Below, piece after piece: positions 29,503 to 39,633 of a stretch of 64,000 nt of DNA (position 1 is the first letter of the stretch; each line of letters opens with the position of its first letter). Origin of the DNA: Rhodospirillaceae bacterium. GTDB lineage: Bacteria > Pseudomonadota > Alphaproteobacteria > Rhodospirillales > UBA2165. The notes below the pieces were generated by a model. It was not told where the DNA came from. It saw nothing but the letters and a program-made list of their open reading frames with translations, and did not search any database. Location of the stretch: NCBI GenBank assembly GCA_018649725.1, contig JABIHH010000017.1, positions 40,469 through 104,468 on the forward strand. Reading direction: 5' to 3'. A program made the translations under genes and the position numbers.

Positions 29503-30147
29503 ATGTACAATTCAGAAATACCCAATCTTGAAAAACTGCCCTCAAAAGGCAGGTTAATTCGATCGACGATCATCGCCATCCTTTCGGCGGTCTTTATCCT
29601 CGTCACCATCGTGCTTCCTTCTGAGTACGGCATCGATCTGACCGGTGTCGGTCGCGCAATTGGGCTTGCCGAAATGGGGGAAATTAAAACTCAACTCGCG
29701 AAAGAAGCCGAAGAGGACCAACTCCGTGAACAGCAGCAAAAAAGCCAAACGTCGGGATCGTTATCTGACTCTATGGGGCGCTTTGTTGCCGGGCTATTTA
29801 TCAGCACTGCATTTTCTCAATCAACGTCCTCGGACTGGAAAGACGAGATCAAAGTCACTTTGACCCCCGGTAAAGGCGCGGAAATAAAATTGATTATGAA
29901 AAAAGGTGCTAAGGCTAATTTTTCTTGGACCTCTGGGGATGGCCGGGCAAATTTTGACCTTCACGGCAGTGGAAACGGCCAGAATATCAGCTACAAGAAG
30001 GGCCGAGGCGTCAAGGGCGCTCAAGGCGTTCTCGAAGCCGCTTTCGATGGTCAGCATGGTTGGTTTTGGAGAAATAGGGATAAGCAACCCATCACAATCA
30101 TCTTACGTGTTAAAGGAGCCTACACAGGCATTAAAAAGTATTTGTGA
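29503..30147 (+). CDS. Membrane-anchored protein typically associated with HupE/UreJ genes
   Basis: N-terminal TM, VLPSEYGIDLTGVG, FDLHG, AFDGQHGWFWRNR. Confidence 0.8.
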   Translation: MYNSEIPNLEKLPSKGRLIRSTIIAILSAVFILVTIVLPSEYGIDLTGVGRAIGLAEMGEIKTQLAKEAEEDQLREQQQKSQTSGSLSDSMGRFVAGLFISTAFSQSTSSDWKDEIKVTLTPGKGAEIKLIMKKGAKANFSWTSGDGRANFDLHGSGNGQNISYKKGRGVKGAQGVLEAAFDGQHGWFWRNRDKQPITIILRVKGAYTGIKKYL

Positions 30148-30168
30148 TAGCTTCACAAATTTACCAAG

Positions 30169-30202
30169 CTCGGCTGGACACAAGTTCAGCCGAGTCTTTT
30201 TT
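30169..30202 (+). terminator. Intrinsic terminator
   Basis: ctcggctg...cagccgag followed by T-tract. Confidence 0.75.
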
Positions 30203-30434
30203 AAAAATCAATAATGTCCGCTTTGGGTCAGGAGAAGACCCTTTTACGCAATTCCGGTAATGTCCGCTATTGAGAGCAAAGCAGACGTTTTTAACCTATA
30301 CCGAAAGCATTGGTTTTCCGTACATTCAAAACTTTTTTCCTCTGTCCCTCTTTAGCTTCTTCTTCGTGTTCTTCGTGCCTTTTGTGGTTCAATTCTTTTA
30401 TCATTCCAACGAAAACCAACGGTTGAGATAAAGA

Positions 30435-30520
30435 CTGGATCCCGGATCAAGTCCGGGATGACGGTGGGGATGGTAGAGCGATAGATAATCTTCCCCCTCT
30501 CCCATCAAGGGGGAGGAAGA
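30435..30520. repeat. Adjacent family A and family B palindromic repeats
   Basis: ctggatcccggatcaagtccgggatgac (30435-30462); ccctctcccatcaagggggagg (within 30489-30520). Confidence 0.75.
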
Positions 30521-30613
30521 TTTTGTTGCGACACCCAACCCTATTCTTCACGGCAGCAAAAATAATTTCGCATGATCCCTATTTGAGATAGTATCGACGA
30601 GAAATTAATTCAG

Positions 30614-31306
30614 ATGGTGGATCAGCGCGTGCGGACTCTCGTAATTATAGTTGTGATTTGTCTCTTATCGGTTCAAGCAAAAGCCGATACGCTTAGAATT
30701 TCCACAGCAGAGTTTCCCGAAGCGCGTTCTATCATTCGCGTATTGAAAGAAGCCTATGGCAAAATTGGGCATGACGTTGAATTGGTAATTCGGCCCGCGA
30801 AACGTAGCCTCGTTGAGGTCAACAACGGCCGGTCGGATGCAGAGCTTGCCCGGGTAACTGGTGCCGAAACCGAATACCCCAATCTCGTGCGCGTAAAAGA
30901 GCCGATCCACGCTCTCAGTTTCTCCGCGATTGTTAGCAATAAATCAAAGCAGTGGCTAAGTTCCTGGCAAAAAATAAAAGACCATCACATCAGCTATCCG
31001 AGAGGCTACCGATTATTAGATATCAGAACCAAAGGCATGAAAGTATCGGTTGCCAAAGACCCTGATACTGTCGCTAAATTAATCAAGGCTGGACGGGTAG
31101 ATGTCGGTATTGTCGTCACGTCTGACGCCATCAGATTCGCCTCGGGCTCGGATGAGATTGCCCTCCTGGAACCGCCCATTGAAGTCGTTACGCTCTACCA
31201 CTACGTAAACGTAAAACACCGGCGCCTGGTTCCCAAGATCGAGAAAATTCTAATTGAGCTCAATGATAGCGGCCGGATTAAACAAATCCTTCAGGGTGAG
31301 AAATAA
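30614..31306 (+). CDS. Periplasmic substrate-binding domain protein, orphan
   Basis: Signal peptide; RPAKRSL...SDAELAR...LYHYVN; same family as 5211-5987. Confidence 0.7.
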   Translation: MVDQRVRTLVIIVVICLLSVQAKADTLRISTAEFPEARSIIRVLKEAYGKIGHDVELVIRPAKRSLVEVNNGRSDAELARVTGAETEYPNLVRVKEPIHALSFSAIVSNKSKQWLSSWQKIKDHHISYPRGYRLLDIRTKGMKVSVAKDPDTVAKLIKAGRVDVGIVVTSDAIRFASGSDEIALLEPPIEVVTLYHYVNVKHRRLVPKIEKILIELNDSGRIKQILQGEK

Positions 31307-31337
31307 ACCATCACCGAAATTTACCCATAACTTCAAT

Positions 31338-31425
31338 GTCATTCCGGACTTGATCCGGAATCCAGCAATCCTATCAACTGTTCCGTAGCCAGCTATTCTG
31401 GATCCCGGATCAAGTCCGGGATGAC
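31338..31425. repeat. REP-like palindromic repeat pair, family A
   Basis: gtcattccggacttgatccggaatccag ... ctggatcccggatcaagtccgggatgac. Confidence 0.85.
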
Positions 31426-31442
31426 GCTTTGAGGGATGAAAC

Positions 31443-32282
31443 CTACCGCTTTAACTTAACAGCCTTAAAGCCTTCGGTCGTCGCGGGTACGGATTGTTCG
31501 ATCGGGAATCTCTCGGCACTTGAGCCGCCGACATAGCCGTCGAGGCGGGGCTCGCCTTCTAGAAACTTGGCGAAGTCATCAGGGGTTTCAATGCCGCCGC
31601 CGTGGCAGGTGTAGATAAGATCGCTGTGCTTGGCGGCCAGGGCATCAATGACGGAGGCTGTGCGGGCCAGTGAATCTTCGTCGCTCAGGATGGTCGAGGA
31701 GCCAATAGTGCCACCGGACGAGTTACCATAATGGACGATGATATTATCGACGCCGGCTTCCGCCATGGCGAGGGCTTCGTCTGGCGTTGTGCAAAAGGCT
31801 TTGGTCCAAAGACCAATACTTGAGGCGTAGCCCAACACGTCGACTTCGAGTGCGTAGCCCATGCCAGTTTCTTCGAGATCACTCCTGAACTTGCCGTCAA
31901 TCAACGCCACGGTTGGACAGTTCATAATGCCGTCAAAGCCCGCTTCGGCCAGTTGATCAACAAAGCGGTGCATGTCGCGGGTCGGATCATTGCAGAGAAT
32001 ACCGGCAATCACCGGCGCTTCCTTAACAACGCTTAGCAAAGCACGTTCGCCCAGCTCCATCGTGATCGCATTGGCATCACCGATCGGCAAATAGCCCGCC
32101 ATTGAGCTCATACCCTGCATGCGGAAATAAGCCAGAATATGCGTCGTGATGAGATCCGCGCCGCCTCTGGCTGCCATCTTGGCCGTGATGCCCGTGCCAC
32201 AAAGCGCGTTATAAATTGCGCGTCCCGCATCTCGCTCAGATTTCAGCCGGGCATTAATCTCGTCTCGGGTAAATTTAGCCAT
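31443..32282 (-). CDS. PEP-hydrolase-family TIM-barrel protein (partner of Tm-1-like ATP-binding protein)
   Basis: GTGITAK...GGADLI, NCPTVALIDGKFRSDLEETGMGY..EV, CHGG, GGSSAER. Confidence 0.85.
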   Translation of the reverse strand: MAKFTRDEINARLKSERDAGRAIYNALCGTGITAKMAARGGADLITTHILAYFRMQGMSSMAGYLPIGDANAITMELGERALLSVVKEAPVIAGILCNDPTRDMHRFVDQLAEAGFDGIMNCPTVALIDGKFRSDLEETGMGYALEVDVLGYASSIGLWTKAFCTTPDEALAMAEAGVDNIIVHYGNSSGGTIGSSTILSDEDSLARTASVIDALAAKHSDLIYTCHGGGIETPDDFAKFLEGEPRLDGYVGGSSAERFPIEQSVPATTEGFKAVKLKR

Positions 32283-32359
32283 TGTCACCATCCGTATTTA
32301 CACTTCGCTCCATCAATAGGATAATTGAAATCAAAGAACAACAAAATTGGGGAAACAAA

Positions 32360-33457
32360 ATGGCTAACACTTATGACATTCCAGAGACCATGAAGGCCTG
32401 GGTCCTAGGCGACCCGCACGAGATGAAAATGATCGAAAAGCCGGTGCCTGAACCCGGCCCGGCTGAGGTTTTGGTCAAGATCGGCGCGATTGCGGTGTGT
32501 CACACAGACATTGAAGTGCTGCATCACGGCATGCCGGCGATGGTCGAGGGTGAGCTGCCGTTCAACAAGGACTTCACCATGGGCCATGAATATATGGGCA
32601 CAGTCGTAAAAACCGGCCCAGATGTCGATGAATGGGCGCCAGGCGACCGTATCGCGGTTGAAGTTCACGCTGGATGTGGGCGCTGTCCGAAATGCCGGGA
32701 AGGCATGTATACCTCGTGCCATAATTATAGCTATCGTTCCAAAGGCCATCGCGCCAACGGCTTCACCACCGATGGCGGCTTTGCAGAATATGCCATTAAC
32801 AATATCAACACACTGGTGCCGGTACCGGATTACATGAGTGACGAAGTGGCGACCCTCACGGTGACGGCAGGCACAGCAATGTATGGTCTGGATGTCTTGG
32901 GCGGCATTATCGCCGGGCAAAGTATCGTGGTTGCCGGTGCCGGTCCCATCGGTTTGATGTTTATCGCTATCGCCAAAGCCTTAGGCGCGGCGCCTGTCAT
33001 CATGTCGGAACCCCGGGAAGACCGCCGGGACATGGCGAAAAATCTTGGCGCTGATATCCTGATTGATCCGCTAGCAGAAGATGTTGTCGAGAAAGTTCGT
33101 GGCCTCACCAATGGCAAAGGCGCTGACTTTACGGTCGAGGCCTCGGGTGCGCCGGGCGTGCTCAACCAAGTCATTCATATGACCAATCGCGGCGGGCGGG
33201 TATGTCTGGCGGCCTTTACCAATGATCTGGTACCAACCGATATCGCCTATGTCGTCAGCAACAATATCTATATGTTCGGCATCCGGGGTGAAGGCAATTC
33301 CGCCGTAAAACGCGCCGCCAGTCTTCTCAAGCAAAAGCGCTTTGATCCCTCGCCGATCCACACTCACACCTTCCCCTTGGAAGAAGCCGATACAGCGATG
33401 AGCTATGCCGAGAACCAGACCGATGGGGCAATTAAAGTCGTCGTTAAAATGAGTTGA
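32360..33457 (+). CDS. Zn-dependent dehydrogenase (MDR)
   Basis: AVCHTD, GHEYMG, CGRCPKC...C, GAGPIG. Confidence 0.9.
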   Translation: MANTYDIPETMKAWVLGDPHEMKMIEKPVPEPGPAEVLVKIGAIAVCHTDIEVLHHGMPAMVEGELPFNKDFTMGHEYMGTVVKTGPDVDEWAPGDRIAVEVHAGCGRCPKCREGMYTSCHNYSYRSKGHRANGFTTDGGFAEYAINNINTLVPVPDYMSDEVATLTVTAGTAMYGLDVLGGIIAGQSIVVAGAGPIGLMFIAIAKALGAAPVIMSEPREDRRDMAKNLGADILIDPLAEDVVEKVRGLTNGKGADFTVEASGAPGVLNQVIHMTNRGGRVCLAAFTNDLVPTDIAYVVSNNIYMFGIRGEGNSAVKRAASLLKQKRFDPSPIHTHTFPLEEADTAMSYAENQTDGAIKVVVKMS

Positions 33458-33538
33458 GTTTCTGCACTGAGCCGCTAATTTACGCCAAATAAATGTATTA
33501 AATGCGCATCATTAATTTGAATCTTGGGGGAAAAGCCC

Positions 33539-34378
33539 GTGACATCACCTATCGTTACCACGGATTGGCTGACCGACCGCCTGCTCGATCCGACCATCAA
33601 AGTCATCGAAGTCTCTGCCAAAAAAGGCGATGAAGCAGGTTATGCGACCAGCCACATCCCGGGTGCGATTAATTTTTGGTGGAAGGATCTCTGCTGGGAT
33701 GACGCCGACCGCCAGTTCGTCACTCCTGAACAACTCGCCAAGCGCTTAGGCGACTTTGGTATCAGCGATGAAGACCGCTTGGTGCTCTATGGTGAGCCGG
33801 TGCAATACGGCACGTACGCTTTTTGGGCGCTAACCATGGCGGGGCATCCTAATCTGATGGTGCTGGATGGCGGGCGAACAAAATGGCTGGCCGACGATTT
33901 GCCAGTAACTGACAGCGTGCCCGAAACTGAAGCCGTCGAATATAAAGTTCAGTCACCCAATGAGTGGATGCGTCTCGGCCGCGACAACATCCGTGATAAT
34001 CTTGGTAAGGAAGGTCGTTTCCTATTAGACGTTCGCAGCCCGGAAGAATATTCCGGCGAGCGGGTCATGGAGCACGGTCAATTCGATCATGGTGCCGAGC
34101 GCGGTGGCCGGATCCCGGGCGCCCAGCATTTGTTCTTTAAAGAGCTGATCAATGACGATGACACCTTTAAATCAGCCGAAGAATTGAAAGCTAAATTCGA
34201 CAGCGTCGGGGCTGATCCAGAAAAAGTCGATGAGATCGTCGCCTATTGCCGCCTCTCGCACCGGGCAACTCTGGCCTGGACCGCTATGACTTACATCTTG
34301 GGCTATGAAGGCGTTAAAATCTATGACGGTTCCTGGACCGAATGGGGCTCAATCGTCGGCTTTCCGGTGGAACGTTAA
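33539..34378 (+). CDS. Two-domain rhodanese/sulfurtransferase (SseA/TST-like)
   Basis: HIPGA, LDGG, GRIPGA, active-site YCRLSHRA, YDGSWTEWG; GTG start inferred. Confidence 0.92.
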   Translation: MTSPIVTTDWLTDRLLDPTIKVIEVSAKKGDEAGYATSHIPGAINFWWKDLCWDDADRQFVTPEQLAKRLGDFGISDEDRLVLYGEPVQYGTYAFWALTMAGHPNLMVLDGGRTKWLADDLPVTDSVPETEAVEYKVQSPNEWMRLGRDNIRDNLGKEGRFLLDVRSPEEYSGERVMEHGQFDHGAERGGRIPGAQHLFFKELINDDDTFKSAEELKAKFDSVGADPEKVDEIVAYCRLSHRATLAWTAMTYILGYEGVKIYDGSWTEWGSIVGFPVER

Positions 34379-34560
34379 TCCCTTTCAACTATTTGATATG
34401 CGCCCAATATACTTAGTTTTTTAGTTCTGCCGTCTGAAGCAGAAACGCGCCGAAACCGAATTTGAATATCGCTTGGCATACCGTTGGCGTATTGGGAAGA
34501 TTGGTCGTCAATCACTGCATGCCCGGGCCATCCTTAAACCAAAGTGAAACCCTGGGTTCT

Positions 34561-35046
34561 TCAATCAGATTGTGAGATAATTTTATTGGTTGCCCGCAAT
34601 CGACGTGACAGTGCAACGGCGAGAGATTGATAGAAGTGATACGCAAACCGGCTATCTTCATCCATAATGGTCTTTAAATCAGCACAGGAGACCCTGACGA
34701 CCTCGACATGTCCTTCGGCAATAACGCTTGCACTGACATCCGCGCCATCTAAAAAAGACATCTCACCAAAAATACTGCCCGAAATTAAACGTGCGAGCTC
34801 AATGCTGACATTGCTGCTTTTTTGCTCAACGCGAACTTCGCCCTCAGCTAAGAAATAAACTGCATCCCCAGGTTGTCCTTCTTGAAGAATAATCGCATTG
34901 TGATCAAAGTCGAGACGGATACCAGCTTTGAAAAAAGCTCCCCAATCCCTGACGTCGAGCTTACTGAAAACGTCAACACTCGCGCCGCCGAGCTGATCAA
35001 CCAGCTCAGTCTTTAGCAAGGATAAAACATTTCCACTGTTGGACAT
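34561..35046 (-). CDS. Cyclic nucleotide-binding domain protein
   Basis: ILQEGQPGD.VYF..EGEV, FGEMSFLD. Confidence 0.85.
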   Translation of the reverse strand: MSNSGNVLSLLKTELVDQLGGASVDVFSKLDVRDWGAFFKAGIRLDFDHNAIILQEGQPGDAVYFLAEGEVRVEQKSSNVSIELARLISGSIFGEMSFLDGADVSASVIAEGHVEVVRVSCADLKTIMDEDSRFAYHFYQSLAVALSRRLRATNKIISQSD

Positions 35047-35187
35047 CTAGTACCTTCTGAATACTATTTGGTGCTATAGGGTCAAACGACTCACCTATGC
35101 ATGCTATAGTGGCACCTAACAACTTTAAGTGCAACAATTCGAATCTTTCTAATTATAAGTTGTTAATATAACAGGCTTATTTGGCGA

Positions 35188-35598
35188 CTAAATGGGGATT
35201 TCAGAATCAGCCGGAAGACCGAGCCAATCTATCGCGGCTTGTATTGTATTGAAGGGATGGCGTTCCATAAGGTCATCGGACATGCGGCGCGCTATCGTAT
35301 ATCGATGGACGATGGCAAATTCCTTTGGATTACTGATTACCCAAGCCAATTTACATTTGCCAAAAAACGGCTCGTACTTGCCCAGCCGGCCCGGCGATTC
35401 GCGTTGAAAAAAATTAAAGTCATATTCCTGCGGCTGAATAGCATTGGTTGAATCACGCAAGATATTCATGCCCTTCTTAAAATCGGGATGGGCGAGAATT
35501 TCATCGAAGGAAGCAGGTATATCCGTTACAGCCATCTGGCCTTCATGGCGGATGAAAACGCAGTTCAGTTCCTTACTTATGACGATTGCAAAAGCCAT
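35188..35598 (-). CDS. Hypothetical protein (possibly STAS/SEC14-like)
   Basis: ORF ending F.TIQAAIDWLG; start uncertain. Confidence 0.6.
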   Translation of the reverse strand: MAFAIVISKELNCVFIRHEGQMAVTDIPASFDEILAHPDFKKGMNILRDSTNAIQPQEYDFNFFQRESPGRLGKYEPFFGKCKLAWVISNPKEFAIVHRYTIARRMSDDLMERHPFNTIQAAIDWLGLPADSEIPI

Positions 35599-35676
35599 GA
35601 TTCTCAAGTGATTATAGGGAGCAGACAAGATAATATTTCACGCACCCTATCAGTCTATACTTTGATTTACTAATTT

Positions 35677-35712
35677 AAAAAAAAGGGGTTGCCCAAATTG
35701 AGCAACCCCTTT
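35677..35712 (-). terminator. Intrinsic terminator of Mo-hydroxylase operon
   Basis: aaggggttgc...gcaacccctt with A-tract (U-tract on minus strand). Confidence 0.7.
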
Positions 35713-35774
35713 CCTCCCTCAAGAGACAATTCGTTGAAAGTCCCCTGAAATAGAAGAACAACGCCTAACCGCTT

Positions 35775-36800
35775 TTACTCCGCGGCTGGTAGCGCTTTCT
35801 GCTCTCCCCCATCTCGTAGCTCTTTTATCGCCTTAAGCACTTTTTCTGCTGTCGCCGGCAAAGAGGTGATCCGGACACCAACGGCATCATGGATCGCATT
35901 ACAAATCGCCGCCGCAGTCGGCACAGCTGTCGGCTCACCAACACCTTTGGCGCCAAACGGGCCTGTCGGATCAAAGTTCTCGACGATATCGACATCGATC
36001 TTCGGCATGTCCAAACTGGTCGGCATGATATAGTTGGTCAAATTCGGATTGATCTGCTTGCCATCATCGTCAAAAAGCATCTCTTCTTGGAGGGCATAAC
36101 CGATACCCATCGAGATGCCGCCTTCAATTTGACCTTCAACCAACATCGGATTGATCGCTGTGCCACAATCGTGGGCAGCGGACATATAAATCACCTCGAC
36201 TTCACCGGTTTCGTCATCAACCTCGATCTCGGCACATTGGGTGGCATAGACGTAAGTAGAAAACGGCTTACCTTGGCCAGTCTCCGGATCCATACCGACG
36301 GTTGGCGGATTATAGGATGCCGAGCCAATTGGCGGGCGGCCCATAACGAACTGAGCTTGCAGGGCCACATCGGCAATCGGCAGACAGCGTTGTGGGAAAT
36401 ATTTGACCTGAATTTTCCGGTCAACTGCTTCCAACTGATCGGGACGCACATCCAACATCGGGGCGGCAACCTCAAACAAAATCTGCCGCGCATTTTCAGC
36501 TGCCAATTTAATCGCATTACCAGAGACATACGTCGTCCGGCTTGCAATCGCGCCGGTATCCATCGGCGTGGTATCGGTATCACCAGAGACAACATGAACG
36601 TCATCGGTTGAGACACCCAAAGCTTCAGCCGCGATTTGGCCAAGCACGGTCAGCGAGCCTTGACCCGTTTCCACCGTGCCGGTCAACAACGTTGCCGTGC
36701 CGTCTTCATTGATTTTAACTGTTGCTGCACTTGGGTTAGCAAGAACGGTAAACCCGATTGGGTACCACATGCAGCCTATGCCTTTACCGCGATGTTTCAT
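35775..36800 (-). CDS. Molybdenum hydroxylase, C-terminal (NdhM-like medium) molybdopterin subunit
   Basis: MKHRGKGIGCMWY, ETGQG, AIASRTT, GQIEGG, GAKGVGEP (catalytic Glu). Confidence 0.88.
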   Translation of the reverse strand: MKHRGKGIGCMWYPIGFTVLANPSAATVKINEDGTATLLTGTVETGQGSLTVLGQIAAEALGVSTDDVHVVSGDTDTTPMDTGAIASRTTYVSGNAIKLAAENARQILFEVAAPMLDVRPDQLEAVDRKIQVKYFPQRCLPIADVALQAQFVMGRPPIGSASYNPPTVGMDPETGQGKPFSTYVYATQCAEIEVDDETGEVEVIYMSAAHDCGTAINPMLVEGQIEGGISMGIGYALQEEMLFDDDGKQINPNLTNYIMPTSLDMPKIDVDIVENFDPTGPFGAKGVGEPTAVPTAAAICNAIHDAVGVRITSLPATAEKVLKAIKELRDGGEQKALPAAE

Positions 36801-38191
36801 TTCTGCCACTCCTTCCAACCAAATCGTTCCGACGCCATTTTGAGGGAATCTGTGACGACCACAGCCTCCAACAATTGACCGGTCGGGCTGGTGGAGCCTT
36901 CGTTAAAGGCGTTCATAAAGCGGATTTCCAACGGCTCAATGCCAAGCTCTTTCGCCATATCATCCATGTGGGATTCATAAGCAAAACAAACTTGCGGCGC
37001 ACCAAAGCCCCGCATCGCACCGGTCATGGTTTTATTGGTGTAGACCGCATAGGCGTCGACATGGAGATTGTCGATGTTATAAGGCCCGGCTGACAAGATG
37101 CAGGCTTTTCCCAAAGTCGTCTCCGACCACGAGCAATACGCCCCGCCGTCACAGACCAAGCGTACTTTACGGGCCATGATTTTGCCCTCTTTCGACATGC
37201 CGGTCTTGTACTCCATAACGAAGGGGTGGCGCGTCGTTGAAGAGATAAATTCGTCTTCACGGGTAAACACACATTTGACGGGCCGGCCGGTCTTTTTAGA
37301 AAGTAGCGCCAGAATCGGCTCGGTCGTGATCTCGTTTTTACCACCAAAGTTTCCACCAACCACTGTCGCAATCATACGAATGCGATTAATCGGCAAATCG
37401 AGGGTGCGCGAAACATCTGCCCGGCCAAGCGTAATCCGGCCAAGACTTGTATGCAGTGTCACCCGGCCATTGGCATCCCATTCGGCGATTGAGGCATGCG
37501 GCTCCATCGGGACGTGTTCAACCATTTGCGTGGTGAACGTCTTTTCAAAGATGAAATCAGAATCCTTGAAGCCCTGCTCAACATCACCTTTGATAATGGT
37601 TTTAGAGGAATAGACGTTGCTTTCACCGTTATGGATTTTAACGGCATCGTCTTTCATTGCTTCCATCGGATCATAAACCGGCGTCAGCTCTTCATACACG
37701 ATCTTGATTTTTTCAAGCGCATCCAAAGCCTGCTGTTCGGTCACTGCCGCCACCGCAGCCACACCGTCACCAGCATGACGGACAATATCATCGGCCAGCA
37801 AAGGCTGATCCTGATAAGACGGGCCAAAACTGTTAACCGGAATTTCTTTGCCGATCAAAGTCGCCATTACGCCCGGCATTTTTTCAGCTTCCGACACGTC
37901 GATGCTTTTTATCTTCGCGTGAGAAATACATGCGCGTTTGATCTTGGCATGCAGCATGCCGGGGAAAAACATATCATCGATATATTTGGTTTGACCGAGG
38001 CCATGCATACGGCCGTCTGGACGCGTAGCACGCTGGCCGACAGCCGGCGTTTGCTCGCGGGCTGGGGCGATGCCTATTTCTTTAGGAAACAGCGTGCGTT
38101 CAGGCACCGTGGGTAATCTCAAATTGTCATCGGCTTTCCGAAGACTTTCGAGACTTTCGGTTTTTTCTTTTGTTTTTACATCATCTGCCAT
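36797..38191 (-). CDS. Molybdenum hydroxylase, N-terminal (NdhL-like large) molybdopterin subunit
   Basis: EHVPMEPH, VGGNFGGK, TTRHP, GAMRGFGAPQ; ATGA-coupled to next gene. Confidence 0.9.
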   Translation of the reverse strand: MADDVKTKEKTESLESLRKADDNLRLPTVPERTLFPKEIGIAPAREQTPAVGQRATRPDGRMHGLGQTKYIDDMFFPGMLHAKIKRACISHAKIKSIDVSEAEKMPGVMATLIGKEIPVNSFGPSYQDQPLLADDIVRHAGDGVAAVAAVTEQQALDALEKIKIVYEELTPVYDPMEAMKDDAVKIHNGESNVYSSKTIIKGDVEQGFKDSDFIFEKTFTTQMVEHVPMEPHASIAEWDANGRVTLHTSLGRITLGRADVSRTLDLPINRIRMIATVVGGNFGGKNEITTEPILALLSKKTGRPVKCVFTREDEFISSTTRHPFVMEYKTGMSKEGKIMARKVRLVCDGGAYCSWSETTLGKACILSAGPYNIDNLHVDAYAVYTNKTMTGAMRGFGAPQVCFAYESHMDDMAKELGIEPLEIRFMNAFNEGSTSPTGQLLEAVVVTDSLKMASERFGWKEWQK

Positions 38192-38208
38192 TTTTCTACT
38201 CCCTCACC

Positions 38209-38709
38209 CTACGCTGCGCGCGGATTGGTTTCCGGCACTTTTTTACCGGTGATTTCTTCATAGGCATCGATGACACCTTCAATGATTTTGGTGTAGCCCG
38301 TGCAGCGGCAGAGATTGCCAGAAAGTGCATCCTTAATGTCATCCCGGGTCAATTCTTCACCTTGATCGATCAGTGCCTTGGTCGACATGATCATACCCGG
38401 CCCACAAAAGCCGCATTGCAAAGAGGCGACGTCTTCAAAGGCCTTCTGGATTGGATGATATTCCTCCAACGTCGAGAGCCCTTCGATGGTCTCAATGTTT
38501 TTGCCTTCGGCTTGCCCGGCCAACATCAGGCAGGCATTGACGGCAATGCCATCAACCAAAACCGTACAGGCACCACAATCGCCAACGTCACAGCCAAGCT
38601 TAGCGCCAGTGTAGTTTAAATCTTCACGCAACATTTTGAGCAGCGTGGTTTCCGGTGGCACAGAAGCCGTCTTCTCTTCACCGTTCACTGTTAAAGTTAT
38701 ATCTGTCAT
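38209..38709 (-). CDS. Mo hydroxylase (2Fe-2S) small subunit (CoxS/NdhS-like)
   Basis: GCDVGDCGAC, QCGFC, NLCRCTGY. Confidence 0.93.
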   Translation of the reverse strand: MTDITLTVNGEEKTASVPPETTLLKMLREDLNYTGAKLGCDVGDCGACTVLVDGIAVNACLMLAGQAEGKNIETIEGLSTLEEYHPIQKAFEDVASLQCGFCGPGMIMSTKALIDQGEELTRDDIKDALSGNLCRCTGYTKIIEGVIDAYEEITGKKVPETNPRAA

Positions 38710-38722
38710 TTTTTTATCCTCT

Positions 38723-39586
38723 TCACGCGTTGGCAGCAGCGAGGGCTGCCTGCATAGTGCGACGGGCGCCAACTTCAATGAGATCGTTGCGATATTCTTT
38801 TGACGCGCGGAAATCATCAATCGGACTTGCTTCCGTGACCGCGATTTTAGCGGCTTCATTAATTAAATCTTCTGAAACGGCTTGGCCTTCTAAAATAGCC
38901 TCAGCTTTGGCGGCGCGAATAACCACCGGCGCGACCGCGCCCAAAGCAATGCGCACATCTTTAAACTTGCCGTCTTCGATGCGAAAAGCCGATGCCGCAT
39001 TTACCAGCGCCAAAGCCTGACCTTTACGTAGACCGAATTTGATAAAACCGGCAGGCTTGCCAAGATTCTCTTTAGGAATAATTATTTCCAACAACAACTC
39101 ATCCGGTTCAAGGGCCGTTTTGCGGACAAAGACGAAGAACTCTGAGAGCGGTATCTGGCGGCTCCCTTTGGGACCCAAGATCGTCACTTGAGCATCCAAA
39201 GCCAACAATGTCGGGCCACTATCCATTGAGGGTACGCAGGTGACAAGATTGCCGCCAAGGGTGCCGAGGTTACGGGTTTGCACCGCACCGACTGTATGGG
39301 CCGCGTCAATCATTGCCGGCGCGTGTTCGGCGATCAGTGGGTCCGCCATAATCTCAGAATGGGTCACACCAGCGCCAATGCGAAGACCGGCATCGGTGAT
39401 CTCAATGCCTTTCAGATCCTGGAGGCGGGAGATGTCGACGACAACGCCCGGGCTTTGCGCGACATGTTTGAGCTCAACAACGTAATCTGTGCCGCCATTT
39501 AAAATGCGCACATTTGGGCTATGCTCCGCTAAGGCTGCGAGCGCCGCATCCGTGGTTTGCGGTTGAATAAAATCAAAGGGTTTCAA
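38723..39586 (-). CDS. Mo hydroxylase FAD subunit (CoxM/NdhF-like)
   Basis: GGTD, QTRNLGTLGGN, PIDDFRASKEYR; TTG start with RBS. Confidence 0.92.
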   Translation of the reverse strand: MKPFDFIQPQTTDAALAALAEHSPNVRILNGGTDYVVELKHVAQSPGVVVDISRLQDLKGIEITDAGLRIGAGVTHSEIMADPLIAEHAPAMIDAAHTVGAVQTRNLGTLGGNLVTCVPSMDSGPTLLALDAQVTILGPKGSRQIPLSEFFVFVRKTALEPDELLLEIIIPKENLGKPAGFIKFGLRKGQALALVNAASAFRIEDGKFKDVRIALGAVAPVVIRAAKAEAILEGQAVSEDLINEAAKIAVTEASPIDDFRASKEYRNDLIEVGARRTMQAALAAANA

Positions 39587-39633
39587 GTTGCACCTTCCTC
39601 ACTTTAGTACTGGTAAATATTTTTTTAATTTGA

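Larger units (their letters stand above)
28024..30323. mobile_element. Putative cassette bounded by degenerate ~110-bp inverted ends
   Basis: 28024-28134 aligns ungapped with the reverse complement of 30213-30323; outer 26 bp match 22/26 by hand count. Confidence 0.55.

Noticed and set aside
16189-31425. CRISPR array from recurring ~28-bp palindromes
   Set aside because: Copies are dispersed, often inverted and degenerate, with no regular spacers and no cas genes
35775-39586. Aerobic CO dehydrogenase (coxMSL)
   Set aside because: The active-site loop reads GAMRGFG, not AYxCSFR or AYRGAGR, and the Mo subunit is split
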